Source: an uncultured Acidobacteriota bacterium (GTDB lineage Bacteria; Acidobacteriota; HRBIN11). From it: a stretch of 46,189 nucleotides of DNA. This document shows, one piece after another, positions 15,783 through 24,870 of this stretch. The translations under genes and the position numbers were made by a program. The DNA lies in NCBI GenBank assembly GCA_964541595.1, contig CAZIRO010000001.1, positions 1-46,189 of the forward strand, written 5' to 3'. Every line of letters begins with the position of its first letter. Positions within the stretch are counted from its first letter, which is position 1. The notes under the pieces are model-generated. The model had not been told where the DNA came from. It worked only from the letters and a program-made list of their open reading frames with translations, and made no database searches.

Positions 15783-16631
15783 CTACCGGGTGCGCTGATA
15801 TATGGCGAGAATTTTCGGAGATACGAGATTGCGCAGCATCGGTTCAGTAAACCAGTCGGGTAACCGGCGGACCTTGCGGAAGTACGCCCGTGCCCGTTGA
15901 ATCAGCGCCGGATCGCGTTCCCTGCCGGCATAAAACTCCGCTGCCAGACTGCATCCCATCAAAAAGTATGCCGTATCATCGAGGCGGTAACGGCCTTCAA
16001 GATCCGCAAGCAGTTGAAACGCTTGACGATACTTCCCGGTGGCATAGTACTGGATCGCCTGAACGAGAAACGCGCGCGGAACGAGTGGTGGGGGCGGTGG
16101 TTCCGGGGCGGGTTTCGGGGGTGCGGATGCCGACGGCGGAGACTCCGGTTGTTCCGGTTGCGCCGGCGGTGGCGGTGCGGTGTGTTCCGGTTCGGCGGGC
16201 GGTTGCGGTTCCGGAGTCTCCCCTTCCGCAGGCGCGGGTTGCGTGGCACACGCCTGCACGATCTCCTGACGTAACTGTTGCCGCTGTTCATACATGCGGT
16301 GCCCGCTCGGGATCCCGTCCTTCTGGTAGGACAGCGTGAGATACCGTCTGGCCTCTTCGCACTGATGCAACATCAAATACGCCCTGGCCAGATAGAAGTA
16401 CGGGAAAAACTCCCGGAAAAACATCCCATACGTCCGCCGTTTGGGACCGGGCGCCGGTCCCTTTTCGATCGCCTGTTGCAGTTGCACAATGGCCTCTTCC
16501 GCATTGCCCTCATTCAGGCGGTCGATCCCCAGTTTATAGTGCTGGTACCACTCCATATCCGCCCATACGGGCAGTGCACTCAGGACAACCATCAGTCCGA
16601 TTCCCAGCACACCGATCGACCATCGGTTCAT
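15783..16631 (-). CDS. Secreted TPR-like protein with Pro/Glu-rich central linker
   Basis: Signal peptide MNRWSIGVLGIGLMVVLSALPVWA. TPR-like helices flank the PAPAEGETPEPQPPAEPE... linker. ATGA overlap (16628-16631) with the kinase gene. Confidence 0.7.
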   Translation of the reverse strand: MNRWSIGVLGIGLMVVLSALPVWADMEWYQHYKLGIDRLNEGNAEEAIVQLQQAIEKGPAPGPKRRTYGMFFREFFPYFYLARAYLMLHQCEEARRYLTLSYQKDGIPSGHRMYEQRQQLRQEIVQACATQPAPAEGETPEPQPPAEPEHTAPPPPAQPEQPESPPSASAPPKPAPEPPPPPLVPRAFLVQAIQYYATGKYRQAFQLLADLEGRYRLDDTAYFLMGCSLAAEFYAGRERDPALIQRARAYFRKVRRLPDWFTEPMLRNLVSPKILAIYQRTR

Positions 16632-18496
16632 GGACCCGACTCCGAAAGACGCTGAATGATGCTCTGGAGTTGTTTCTCAACGGTGGCGACACGTCCAGAT
16701 GCAACGGTCACTTCGATCGTCTCGCTGCGTCCGAGTGCCGGATGGGAGTACCGGATCCGATACCGTCCCGGAGGCACTTTCGGAATCCACAACGGCGTAT
16801 ACGGCGGTTGCGGCACATTCACAAGGGTCCCGTCCGACACGCGACGAATCTCCTCAATCCTGGCCCACGGCAGGATATTGATATACATCTGTCCCGGTGG
16901 TAGCGGAGGCGCGACCGGCGGAGAGGTCTCCTGCGGCTCAACAGGCGGTGGCGCAGTCGATGTTTCCGTTTCCTTTGCGGGGGGTTCCGGTTTCGGCGGC
17001 TCGGGAGACCGGGGTTCCGGCGATGGTTCGGCCGTTTCGGATTCGGTACCCGTACCGGGAGACACCGGGGTGGATTCCGGCGCAGATTCGGTGGGACTGG
17101 CGGGTTCAACGTTCACCGGAGCCGATTCCGGGGTCTTCACGGACGGCCGATCCGGTATCTGCGGTTGCTGTTCCGATTTCGGGGAACCCGTGGACGCCGT
17201 CTGCACCGTAGTTTCCTGCGGCCAGTAGCGGTATACGAGTACGGCGGTCACCACGCCGGCAAACAGCAGGGCCAGAAAAATGGCCATTCCCGTCCAGTTG
17301 AACCACACGGCGGACGCACGGGCGGTGGTTGCACGCGGTCGTGCATAGATCTCCGACGGCGTTGGTACGGAACGTGATGGACCCGTCGTCGCGATCCGTG
17401 TGGGTTGCGCGGATACGGACGGCTGCGCACCCTGCGGTCGTTGCGGTGCCGGCGGGGATTCCGGAGCGGCCGGCACGGTCGGAGACGCGGGTGCGGATGG
17501 GGACGCGGCCGTCGGGGGTTCCAACGGAGAGGACGGTTCCGGCGGGTGCTGCGTTTTCGTCGGCGTCACGGACGGTTCCGGCGGGAGGATCACCGTCGGG
17601 GGCAGTTCCGGTTCGGGACGGGTCTCCGTTAAGAGGGTTTCCCGTTCGGAACGCAATACATCCAGGATGTGCTGAATGGCCTGCGCCATCTCCTGAGCGG
17701 ATGCATACCGGTCCTCGATCCGTTTCGCAATGGCTTTCTCAACGATGGCCCGGATTTCGTCCAGATGCGGAATGGCCAGGGACTCGTCCAGCGGTTCCGG
17801 CGGTTCATGGACGATCTTGTAAAACACCGTGGTGTAATGTTCCCCCTGGAAGGGACGTTTATACGCCAGTAACTCGTACAGAACCACACCCAGCGAAAAA
17901 ATGTCCGTATGCGGTCCGATCTTGTCCCGTTCACCCCGGATCTGTTCAGGCGCCATGTAATGCGGCGTGCCCATGATGATTCCGGTCTGCGTGAAATGAG
18001 TCGCCCCCATTTTGGCAATACCGAAATCCATAATCTTGACCACACCGTCGTCCAGCACGCGAATATTCGCCGGTTTGATGTCCCGATGCACGATACCGTG
18101 CGCATGCGCATATGCCAGGGCTTCACACGCCTGCCGAATAATATCCAGTTTCTCTTCCAGACTGATGGGCAACCGTTTCCGAATGATCTCATCCAGATCC
18201 CGGCCCTCGAGATATTCCATAGCAATATACGGCACGCCGTTTTCTTCACCGAGATCGTAGATCGTCACGATATTCGGGTGCCGCAACCGACCGGCGGATT
18301 GCGCCTCGCGAATGAACCGTTCTTTGAGGACCCGGTCTTCAGCAAGATCGGGGAGCATGACTTTCAGGGCAACGTCGCGTCCGATGAACGGATCATACGC
18401 GTGGTAGACGCGTCCCATCCCACCTTTTCCGAGCAGTCGTTTGATGACATATTTTCCGATACGTTCCGGAAGTTTTCCCTGCTGCGCATTGGCCAT
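16628..18496 (-). CDS. Hanks-type Ser/Thr protein kinase with one TM helix and a C-terminal extracytoplasmic PEGA-like beta domain
   Basis: GKGGMGRVY, VALKVM, HRDIKPANI, DFGIAK and GTPHYMAPE. TM helix MAIFLALLFAGVVTAVLVY. The C-terminus reads INILPWARI...GRYRIRYSHPALG..ETIEVTV. Confidence 0.92.
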   Translation of the reverse strand: MANAQQGKLPERIGKYVIKRLLGKGGMGRVYHAYDPFIGRDVALKVMLPDLAEDRVLKERFIREAQSAGRLRHPNIVTIYDLGEENGVPYIAMEYLEGRDLDEIIRKRLPISLEEKLDIIRQACEALAYAHAHGIVHRDIKPANIRVLDDGVVKIMDFGIAKMGATHFTQTGIIMGTPHYMAPEQIRGERDKIGPHTDIFSLGVVLYELLAYKRPFQGEHYTTVFYKIVHEPPEPLDESLAIPHLDEIRAIVEKAIAKRIEDRYASAQEMAQAIQHILDVLRSERETLLTETRPEPELPPTVILPPEPSVTPTKTQHPPEPSSPLEPPTAASPSAPASPTVPAAPESPPAPQRPQGAQPSVSAQPTRIATTGPSRSVPTPSEIYARPRATTARASAVWFNWTGMAIFLALLFAGVVTAVLVYRYWPQETTVQTASTGSPKSEQQPQIPDRPSVKTPESAPVNVEPASPTESAPESTPVSPGTGTESETAEPSPEPRSPEPPKPEPPAKETETSTAPPPVEPQETSPPVAPPLPPGQMYINILPWARIEEIRRVSDGTLVNVPQPPYTPLWIPKVPPGRYRIRYSHPALGRSETIEVTVASGRVATVEKQLQSIIQRLSESGP

Positions 18497-18538
18497 GATG
18501 CCCTCTTCTATACCGGGTCAATACTTTTCCACCATGAA

Positions 18539-18704
18539 ATCGGGACAGGGAATGGGACATCGTGGGTGCCCATTCGGCCATGCGACGTCCCTATCCCGGA
18601 GATGCCGGTTTTTCTGAGACCTGACAACCGATACCTGAGACCGGTGGCCACCGGCGCACACCTGTGGATCCGGTGGTTCCCCTGTCCCATTGCCTGTCCC
18701 GATC
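18539..18704. repeat. MITE-like intergenic element, copy A, with 21-nt terminal inverted repeats
   Basis: ATCGGGACAGGGAATGGGACA is at 18539-18559. The reverse complement of 18684-18704 is ATCGGGACAGGCAATGGGACA, a 20/21 match. The interior has a conserved core plus a CTGAGACCTGACA heptamer-like segment. Confidence 0.75.
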
Positions 18705-18776
18705 TCAGTTTTCCACACCCATCCGGCAGAACCGGATACGTTCCGCTCCGATCCGGACGCCGTGCATCCCCCCGGA

Positions 18777-19565
18777 TCACCCGGTATCCGCGTTCCGTTC
18801 GATCTGGATCAGGACCACGGTAATATTGTCCGGTCCCCCGCGATCGTTCGCCGTCTGGATCAGATTGGCCACGGCTGCCTGAAGATCCGGCATATGCCGA
18901 TGGATCACATCGGCGATCTCCACATCGTCCAGTACCCCACTGAGGCCGTCCGTACAGAGCAACAGCAGATCTCCGGGTTCGAGGGGCTCCTCACCGATAT
19001 CCACCACGGGTTCCTGCGGTCCACCCAGGGCACGGGTCACGACATTGCGGAACGGATGGCTGCGGGCTTCTTCGGCGGAAATCAATCCCACCCGAATCTG
19101 TTCATTGACCCAGGAATGGTCCTGTGTCAACTGGATGATCCGTCCGCGCCGGATCAGATACCCGCGACTGTCGCCCACGTGTGCGATGATCGCCGATTCC
19201 ATTTCCGGATCGATCTTGGCCACCACGGCTGTCGTGGCCATTCCCTGCCATTCCGGATTTTCCCGGGTGGCTTCCAGGATCCTCTGATGCGCCATCAGCA
19301 TCGCGGCACGCAACATGTCTTCCGTACGTGCGGACGGATCCGTGATCCCTCCCGGCCAGGTGATGTCCAGATCTTCGTCAGCAGACCGCATGAACGCCAG
19401 GATCGTATCGACGGCAATCCGGGAAGCCTGTTCACCGGCAGCATGTCCCCCCATCCCATCCGCCACAATAAAAATCCCGCGTTTATCGTCAAAACCCCAG
19501 TAGTCCTCATTCTTGGAACGACGCCGACCGACGTCCGTCGCTCCACAAAACCGCCAGCGAATCAT
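18777..19565 (-). CDS. PP2C-family Ser/Thr protein phosphatase
   Basis: GATDVGRRRSKNEDY, VADGMGGHAAGE, LLLCTDGLSG and GGPDNITVVLI. Confidence 0.92.
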   Translation of the reverse strand: MIRWRFCGATDVGRRRSKNEDYWGFDDKRGIFIVADGMGGHAAGEQASRIAVDTILAFMRSADEDLDITWPGGITDPSARTEDMLRAAMLMAHQRILEATRENPEWQGMATTAVVAKIDPEMESAIIAHVGDSRGYLIRRGRIIQLTQDHSWVNEQIRVGLISAEEARSHPFRNVVTRALGGPQEPVVDIGEEPLEPGDLLLLCTDGLSGVLDDVEIADVIHRHMPDLQAAVANLIQTANDRGGPDNITVVLIQIERNADTG

Positions 19566-19571
19566 CCGTCT

Positions 19572-20639
19572 CTAACCTCGAATACCCATAATGCTCTTTA
19601 ACCGTTGCCGCGCCATTTGCCGGATCGGTGCTGCCACATCCCGGCTGCGCGCCACGTCCCGCAGTTGCAACGTCGTTAAACTGCTCAACAACCGCGACGC
19701 GACCGGGATCGGCGTTTTCGGATTTGTCACAATACGATATAAAAAATTACGATTCCTGTGAAACTCCCTGCGCTCGGCGAGGATACGCAGAATCTCCGAC
19801 GGCAAATGGCGCATGGAGGCGATGGCTTCGGCTTCGGCTTCCGTCAACTTTGGGCTTTTGACCACCGCTTCCAGAACGACGCGGTTCGTGTCTCGCACGA
19901 GATTCATCCGCATCTCCCGATTGCCCAACAGCGCGGCCATAATCTTCTCGGCGACACTCATACGCGTCAGGCGGCGGATTCCGCTGTCCCGATCTCGCAC
20001 GATCTCCTGTGCGATTTCTTCCACTTCCGGTGGGACCTCTGGAACCGTTTCTGCGGGTGGCACCGGTGGTGGCGCTTCCCGGGGTGCAATGACCGGTTCC
20101 GGAACGGGTTCCGGGACCTTCTTTAACTCGTACTTTACACCTTTGCGCAGGAACTCCTCTTCAAACTCCATCAACCGCCGGCGCTGGTTTGCGGACAGAT
20201 GTGGGTTCTCCTGCAATACCCGTACCAGGTGCGGAGACTGTAACAGGCGGTTTTGATTGGTAACGATGATCTCCAGCACCTGCGCATCGCTATGGCGTGC
20301 AAGGATCTCCAGAGCGTCGTCTGGAATCGCACGGTTGCGTACCAGTTGCAATGCGATGTCCGGGTTCGTGGCGAAACGTTCGGCCAGATACACAAACGTC
20401 TCCGGCGCGAACTCCGCCTGGTCCAGCATCGCACGCAGTTCATCCACCGAAAGCGCTTCCAGTGCCTGGGCCGCCTGTTCCCGGATCTCTGCGGAACTGC
20501 CATGGGTCCGAAGATAGACCCAGACGTCCAGAAACTCACGACGTGGAATGGGTAACAGCCCGCGTGCTGCAAATTCCTGAACCGCCGGCGGTGCCTGACC
20601 CTGCAGGATCTGTTGGGTCACCACATGACGAGATCCCAT
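19572..20639 (-). CDS. Alpha-helical repeat protein (LRV/HEAT-like; NP.TP...L..L units)
   Basis: Repeats TNPDIALQLVRN, ENPHLSANQRRRL, KSPKLTEAEAEAI and TNPKTPIPVASRLL. A Pro-rich linker splits two repeat blocks. There are 6 nt to the PP2C start. Confidence 0.65.
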   Translation of the reverse strand: MGSRHVVTQQILQGQAPPAVQEFAARGLLPIPRREFLDVWVYLRTHGSSAEIREQAAQALEALSVDELRAMLDQAEFAPETFVYLAERFATNPDIALQLVRNRAIPDDALEILARHSDAQVLEIIVTNQNRLLQSPHLVRVLQENPHLSANQRRRLMEFEEEFLRKGVKYELKKVPEPVPEPVIAPREAPPPVPPAETVPEVPPEVEEIAQEIVRDRDSGIRRLTRMSVAEKIMAALLGNREMRMNLVRDTNRVVLEAVVKSPKLTEAEAEAIASMRHLPSEILRILAERREFHRNRNFLYRIVTNPKTPIPVASRLLSSLTTLQLRDVARSRDVAAPIRQMARQRLKSIMGIRG

Positions 20640-20714
20640 CTATCGTCTCCTGCATCCCCCCATACCGATTATAAATCGGTTGCAAAACCGATTCAATACC
20701 CCCTATTTTCTGAA

Positions 20715-20891
20715 ATCAGGACGGGAAATGGGACACCGTGGGTCCCCATGCGGTCATGCGCTATCCCCAGCCCATGCGATGCCCCGTCTCCTGTCTTCCG
20801 TCTCCCGTCCCGGACACCCGGGACCTGACACCTGGGACCCGACACCCGATGTCGACCGGTCCATTCGATATCCCACTTCATGTCCCCGATC
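20715..20891. repeat. MITE-like intergenic element, copy B (degenerate termini)
   Basis: ATCAGGACGGGAAATGGGACA is at 20715-20735. Over the 58 nt from GAAATGGGACACC to CCATGCGATGC the core differs from copy C (28278-28335) at one position. A GGACCTGACACCTGGGACCCGACACC heptamer segment follows. The right end TCCCACTTCATGTCCCCGATC (20871-20891) is a degenerate inverted terminus. Confidence 0.65.
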
Positions 20892-20903
20892 TCCCAGCCC
20901 CGA

Positions 20904-21617
20904 TCATTCGTTCTTCTGTGCCCGGAAGACCACGTCCCTGCGGACTTCCCCCGGCGCACCCAGACGGTGCAATTTTCCGTTCACATACACGTCGATCCCC
21001 CCGGCATTGCCGACCGTCGCCAGCCGCACCACACGCGTGGCTTCCACCGTATAGACATCCCCGGCGCGCAGCGTACCCAGAAAGATACGCACATCATCCG
21101 CATAGATGTCCAGCCAGCAATTCTCCCGCGCGACGATCCGCACCCGTAACGGTGCGGCCGGCTCCGTTGCGGGGGCACGCGCAGCCGCATCCGTTTCACC
21201 GGATCGGACGGCAGGGGCTACCGGGGATTCTTCCCGTACAGTGGAGACAGAACCCGACTGCGGCGCACGGAACCATACGAATAATGCCCAGATGATGAAC
21301 AACCCCAATATGATGCCACCGGCGTATATCCACCGGTGGGCAAACGTCCGCGGAGGACGGGAAGGCGCCGGAATGGCGTCCAGCGCAGCCCATTTGTGTT
21401 CCAGATCGCGCCAGTCTTCTTCCGACAGTTCCAGACCGAGTAACTGCGCATACTGTCGGACAAACCCGCGCCGGTAAAACCCGCCCGGAAGACGGTGCCA
21501 CGCCTCTTCTTCCATCGCCCGGATGGTATACTCGGACAGTTTGAGCATCCCGGCAACCTGTCGCCGCGTCCAGCCGCGGGCTTCCCGTTGCTGTCGTAAC
21601 CGGGCACCGATACGCAT
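20904..21617 (-). CDS. rodZ: RodZ-like cytoskeleton protein (XRE-type HTH - TM - DUF4115)
   Basis: IGARLRQQREARGWTRRQVAGMLKLSEYTIRAMEEE (HTH). TM helix WIYAGGIILGLFIIWALFVWF. The C-terminal region reads CWLDIYADD...VYVNGKL. Confidence 0.8.
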   Translation of the reverse strand: MRIGARLRQQREARGWTRRQVAGMLKLSEYTIRAMEEEAWHRLPGGFYRRGFVRQYAQLLGLELSEEDWRDLEHKWAALDAIPAPSRPPRTFAHRWIYAGGIILGLFIIWALFVWFRAPQSGSVSTVREESPVAPAVRSGETDAAARAPATEPAAPLRVRIVARENCWLDIYADDVRIFLGTLRAGDVYTVEATRVVRLATVGNAGGIDVYVNGKLHRLGAPGEVRRDVVFRAQKNE

Positions 21618-21627
21618 ACGGATACCC

Positions 21628-22221
21628 CTATCCGGGTCGATCTACCGATGGCGGGTTTTCTTGCACGGACGGTGCAACGATATCGACCCACTGGGGTTTT
21701 GCACATCGCGGGCAGTTAACGTGTTTCCGCGTTCCCATATTCATGGACAGCATCCACGTCATCTGGCTTCCCTGAAATACGAGTCCACATTCCGGACATC
21801 GAAACGCCAGATGTTTCGCCATCCAGTGAAGATAAAGGTACGTACCGTACAATATAACCCCCACATACAGTACCAGCCAGAGACCCACCAGAGAAGGCCA
21901 TACGTGCAAACTCAGCATCAGGATACCCGTGATCAGACCGGTTCCTCCCAGGAGCACGATGGTGGGTTTCCACACCGGACTGGGCATGTTCAGGTACCCG
22001 CGCCTTCGCAACATCCGCATCAGTCCGAAAAGCGCGAGGAAAACGGTACCCACATACAGTGCCGTCACCCAGCCGATATACTGCGGAAACTGCCCCTTTA
22101 CCACGATGAAGAGACCCGGACCCAGACTACCGAGCACGATCACGGCTGCGACCGTGATGCACACCGGATACAGGTCCTGATCGAGATTCCGCGCGTGTTT
22201 CATCCGTTCGACGTTTCGCAC
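21628..22221 (-). CDS. Polytopic membrane protein with C-terminal zinc ribbon
   Basis: 4-5 TM helices followed by CPECG...CPRC. GTG start at 22221; an alternative ATG is at 22203. Confidence 0.6.
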   Translation of the reverse strand: MRNVERMKHARNLDQDLYPVCITVAAVIVLGSLGPGLFIVVKGQFPQYIGWVTALYVGTVFLALFGLMRMLRRRGYLNMPSPVWKPTIVLLGGTGLITGILMLSLHVWPSLVGLWLVLYVGVILYGTYLYLHWMAKHLAFRCPECGLVFQGSQMTWMLSMNMGTRKHVNCPRCAKPQWVDIVAPSVQENPPSVDRPG

Positions 22222-22262
22222 AACGGTTTATCTCCCTTTTCAATATACCCGCCGGGCACGGT

Positions 22263-23024
22263 TCATGCAAAATCCCGCCGATTGAAAATGATACTCGCCA
22301 GAATGAGCATCACGATCGTGTACAACACCGCGCTGAGCGTCACTGCCACGAGGTATCCCTGCGGTAGCGGTGTGCCGTGGACCGCATACGTCTGCAGGTT
22401 CAATCGCCCGAGATCCGGAAGCAGGTAATACAACCACTCAAACACGTGCGCGAGGGCAGCACTCTTTTTCCGTACGATCTCCGCCAGTGCCAGTAAACTG
22501 CGGGCTCCCCGGCCGATCACCCAGACACTCAGCGTGAACAGCCCGCTGATGATCGGGGTGGTCCAGGTGGAAAACATGGTCGCAATCCCGGTAACGACCA
22601 GCACTTCCAGCATGACCGTATACAGTGCAACGAACAATCGCGGGTTCCAGTGCCCCAGCGCGGCGATATATGCGACCATAATGCCGGACATCAGCACGTG
22701 GACGACCAGAATCGTGCCGTACAGGCCAATAAACTTTCCGAAGAGAAACTGGTTCCGGGTGATGGGTTTCGTCAGGATCAGAAACAGTGTCCGCCGTTCA
22801 ATTTCTTTATACACGAGTTCGATCCCCACGAACACCGCCAGCAGGATATCGATCATGGTTACCACAGTCAGACTCAGATCCTGAATGACCTTCATCGGAT
22901 CACCCACGGTCAACAAACCGGCAATCCGGGACAGCAACACGATCACCACTCCGAAGAACAGCAACAGATACAGGACCCGATTGCGAATCGCCTCGCGAAA
23001 CGTCGTCAGAACAACGGGGATCAT
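22263..23024 (-). CDS. ABC-2 type transporter permease
   Basis: Six predicted TM helices. The N-terminus MIPVVLTTFREAIRNRVLYLLL is typical of ABC-2/NosY-like permeases. ATGA overlap with the ATPase gene (23021-23024). Confidence 0.85.
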   Translation of the reverse strand: MIPVVLTTFREAIRNRVLYLLLFFGVVIVLLSRIAGLLTVGDPMKVIQDLSLTVVTMIDILLAVFVGIELVYKEIERRTLFLILTKPITRNQFLFGKFIGLYGTILVVHVLMSGIMVAYIAALGHWNPRLFVALYTVMLEVLVVTGIATMFSTWTTPIISGLFTLSVWVIGRGARSLLALAEIVRKKSAALAHVFEWLYYLLPDLGRLNLQTYAVHGTPLPQGYLVAVTLSAVLYTIVMLILASIIFNRRDFA

Positions 23025-23962
23025 GACGATTCCTCACGCACAAGGGTGACGAACAGGTCTTCCAGGGTACGTTTTTGCGGTACAACCGCCAGGAGCTTCC
23101 AGTGGTGCGTACGTGCCTGATCGATCACGGTTTCCAGGTATTCCGGCATGACCCACAGATGCACCTGCGCATCCTGACGCGACAACACCTGCGCCTGTTC
23201 CGGCTGGAATCCATCCGGAACGCCCTCCAGGGTGACCTCATACCCCTCGATACTGGCGCCCACGAGTTCGGCGACCGTACCCTCGCGAATGATCCGGCCG
23301 TTGAATATGATGATCACACGGTCGCAGAGGATCTCCGCATCGTGCAGAATATGGGAACTGAAGAAGATCGTCTTCTTGCGCCGCAGACTCAACAGCAACT
23401 CGCGCATTTCCCACCGTCCCACGGGATCCAGGCCGACCATCGGTTCGTCCAGAATGAGCAGATCGGGATCGGCGATCAGCGCCTGCGCGAGACCGATACG
23501 TTGCAACATCCCGCGCGAGAGTTGCCGTACACGTTTGTCCGCGTGCTCCCGCATATGTGTGAGTTCCAGGTAATGGTCAATCCGCTGACGTCGCTCGGCG
23601 CGGGCGATACCGTACAACCACGCATGAAAGTCCAGAAACTCCCGGACCGTTAAATAGTCATAAAAATATGGGTTCTCCGGCATGAACCCGATCCGCCGGC
23701 GCACTGCGGGATCCATCGGAGGACGACCGAATACGGTGACACGTCCCCGATCTGGACGGATCAGGCCCACCATCGCTTTGATCGTCGTTGTCTTGCCCGC
23801 ACCGTTTGGACCGATGAAACCGACGATTTCACCGGGATTCACGCGCAGGGCAACGTCCTGGACGACGGTGACCTTCCTGCGGAAAAACCCCTTGCGGTAA
23901 CTCTTGACAAGACCCTCGATTTCGACCACGGGTAGCACATTCCCCCCGGACTGCACAGGCAT
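23021..23962 (-). CDS. ABC transporter ATP-binding protein
   Basis: Walker A GPNGAGKTT, signature LSRGMLQRIGLAQAL, Walker B LLILDEP. Confidence 0.93.
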   Translation of the reverse strand: MPVQSGGNVLPVVEIEGLVKSYRKGFFRRKVTVVQDVALRVNPGEIVGFIGPNGAGKTTTIKAMVGLIRPDRGRVTVFGRPPMDPAVRRRIGFMPENPYFYDYLTVREFLDFHAWLYGIARAERRQRIDHYLELTHMREHADKRVRQLSRGMLQRIGLAQALIADPDLLILDEPMVGLDPVGRWEMRELLLSLRRKKTIFFSSHILHDAEILCDRVIIIFNGRIIREGTVAELVGASIEGYEVTLEGVPDGFQPEQAQVLSRQDAQVHLWVMPEYLETVIDQARTHHWKLLAVVPQKRTLEDLFVTLVREESS

Positions 23963-24867
23963 TACAGGTCCTCCAGCCGAACGATATCCCGAAAGGTGAG
24001 ATACCGTTTCCAGACCTCTTCAGCAGAAAGACGAATCAATCGACGAACGGAAAAGTCCTCCACGGTAAACGACGCCACGATATTTCCCATAATGAGGGCT
24101 TTCCGCATCCGGGTGGGTTCCCGCACGAGAGAACCGAGCAGACCGCCGGCGAACGAGTCCCCGGCGCCGGTTGTATCCACAACGTCTTCCAGGGGATACG
24201 CCGGAATGGCAAAAACCTCTTCATTCCGGAACAGCAGTGCCCCATACCCACCGCGTTTGATCACGAGATCGAACGTTCCCCACCGCCGTATCGTCTGTGC
24301 CGCACGCACGATGTTGTGGTCTTCGGCCAGTAAATAGGCCTCGCCCTCGTTCATGAGCACGAGATCGACACGTTCAAACACCTTCAGGAGATCGGAACGC
24401 GCATGTTCGATCCAGTAATTCATCGTATCACACGTGATCCATTTCGGTCGGCGCCGTATCTGGTCCAGCGTGATGCGTTGCAGCCGGGGGTCCAGATTGG
24501 CCAGGAACAGGATTTCCGGCGTTCGATACGATTCCGGCAGTTCCGGACGGAACTGTTCCAGGACGTTCAACTGTGTCTCGATGGTACGCGCTTCGTCCAG
24601 AGTGCCGTGGTATTCTCCCACCCAGCGGAAACACCGTCCCGGATAGCGGTGCAACCCTGTCAGGTCGACACCGTGCGACCGAAGCATGGTCTCATCTTCG
24701 GGTCGAAAATCCTCGCCAACGGCTGCCACGAGTCCCACACGGGCGAACAACCGCGCCGCCAGTGCGAAGTATGTGGCCGAACCGCCCAGGACGTTTTCCG
24801 CATGTCCGCGCGGTGTGCGGATGGTATCGTACGCCACCGTGCCAACGACCACAACATCGACGGCCAT
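23962..24867 (-). CDS. PfkB-family carbohydrate/nucleoside kinase
   Basis: GGSATYFALAA and the PfkB signature DTTGAGDSFAGGLLG. It overlaps the ABC ATPase start by 1 nt. Confidence 0.88.
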   Translation of the reverse strand: MAVDVVVVGTVAYDTIRTPRGHAENVLGGSATYFALAARLFARVGLVAAVGEDFRPEDETMLRSHGVDLTGLHRYPGRCFRWVGEYHGTLDEARTIETQLNVLEQFRPELPESYRTPEILFLANLDPRLQRITLDQIRRRPKWITCDTMNYWIEHARSDLLKVFERVDLVLMNEGEAYLLAEDHNIVRAAQTIRRWGTFDLVIKRGGYGALLFRNEEVFAIPAYPLEDVVDTTGAGDSFAGGLLGSLVREPTRMRKALIMGNIVASFTVEDFSVRRLIRLSAEEVWKRYLTFRDIVRLEDL

Positions 24868-24870
24868 GGT

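Noticed and set aside
16080-17560. GC-rich quasi-repetitive DNA (CCGGTTCCGG-like) as a non-coding repeat or mobile element
   Set aside because: It is explained by Pro/Glu/Ala-rich low-complexity linkers in the TPR protein and the Hanks kinase, and the frame is maintained.
17909-19601. Two ~300-aa + strand ORFs (17909-18823 and 18690-19601)
   Set aside because: They are antisense to the Hanks kinase and PP2C genes and read through the MITE-like element. They have no motifs.
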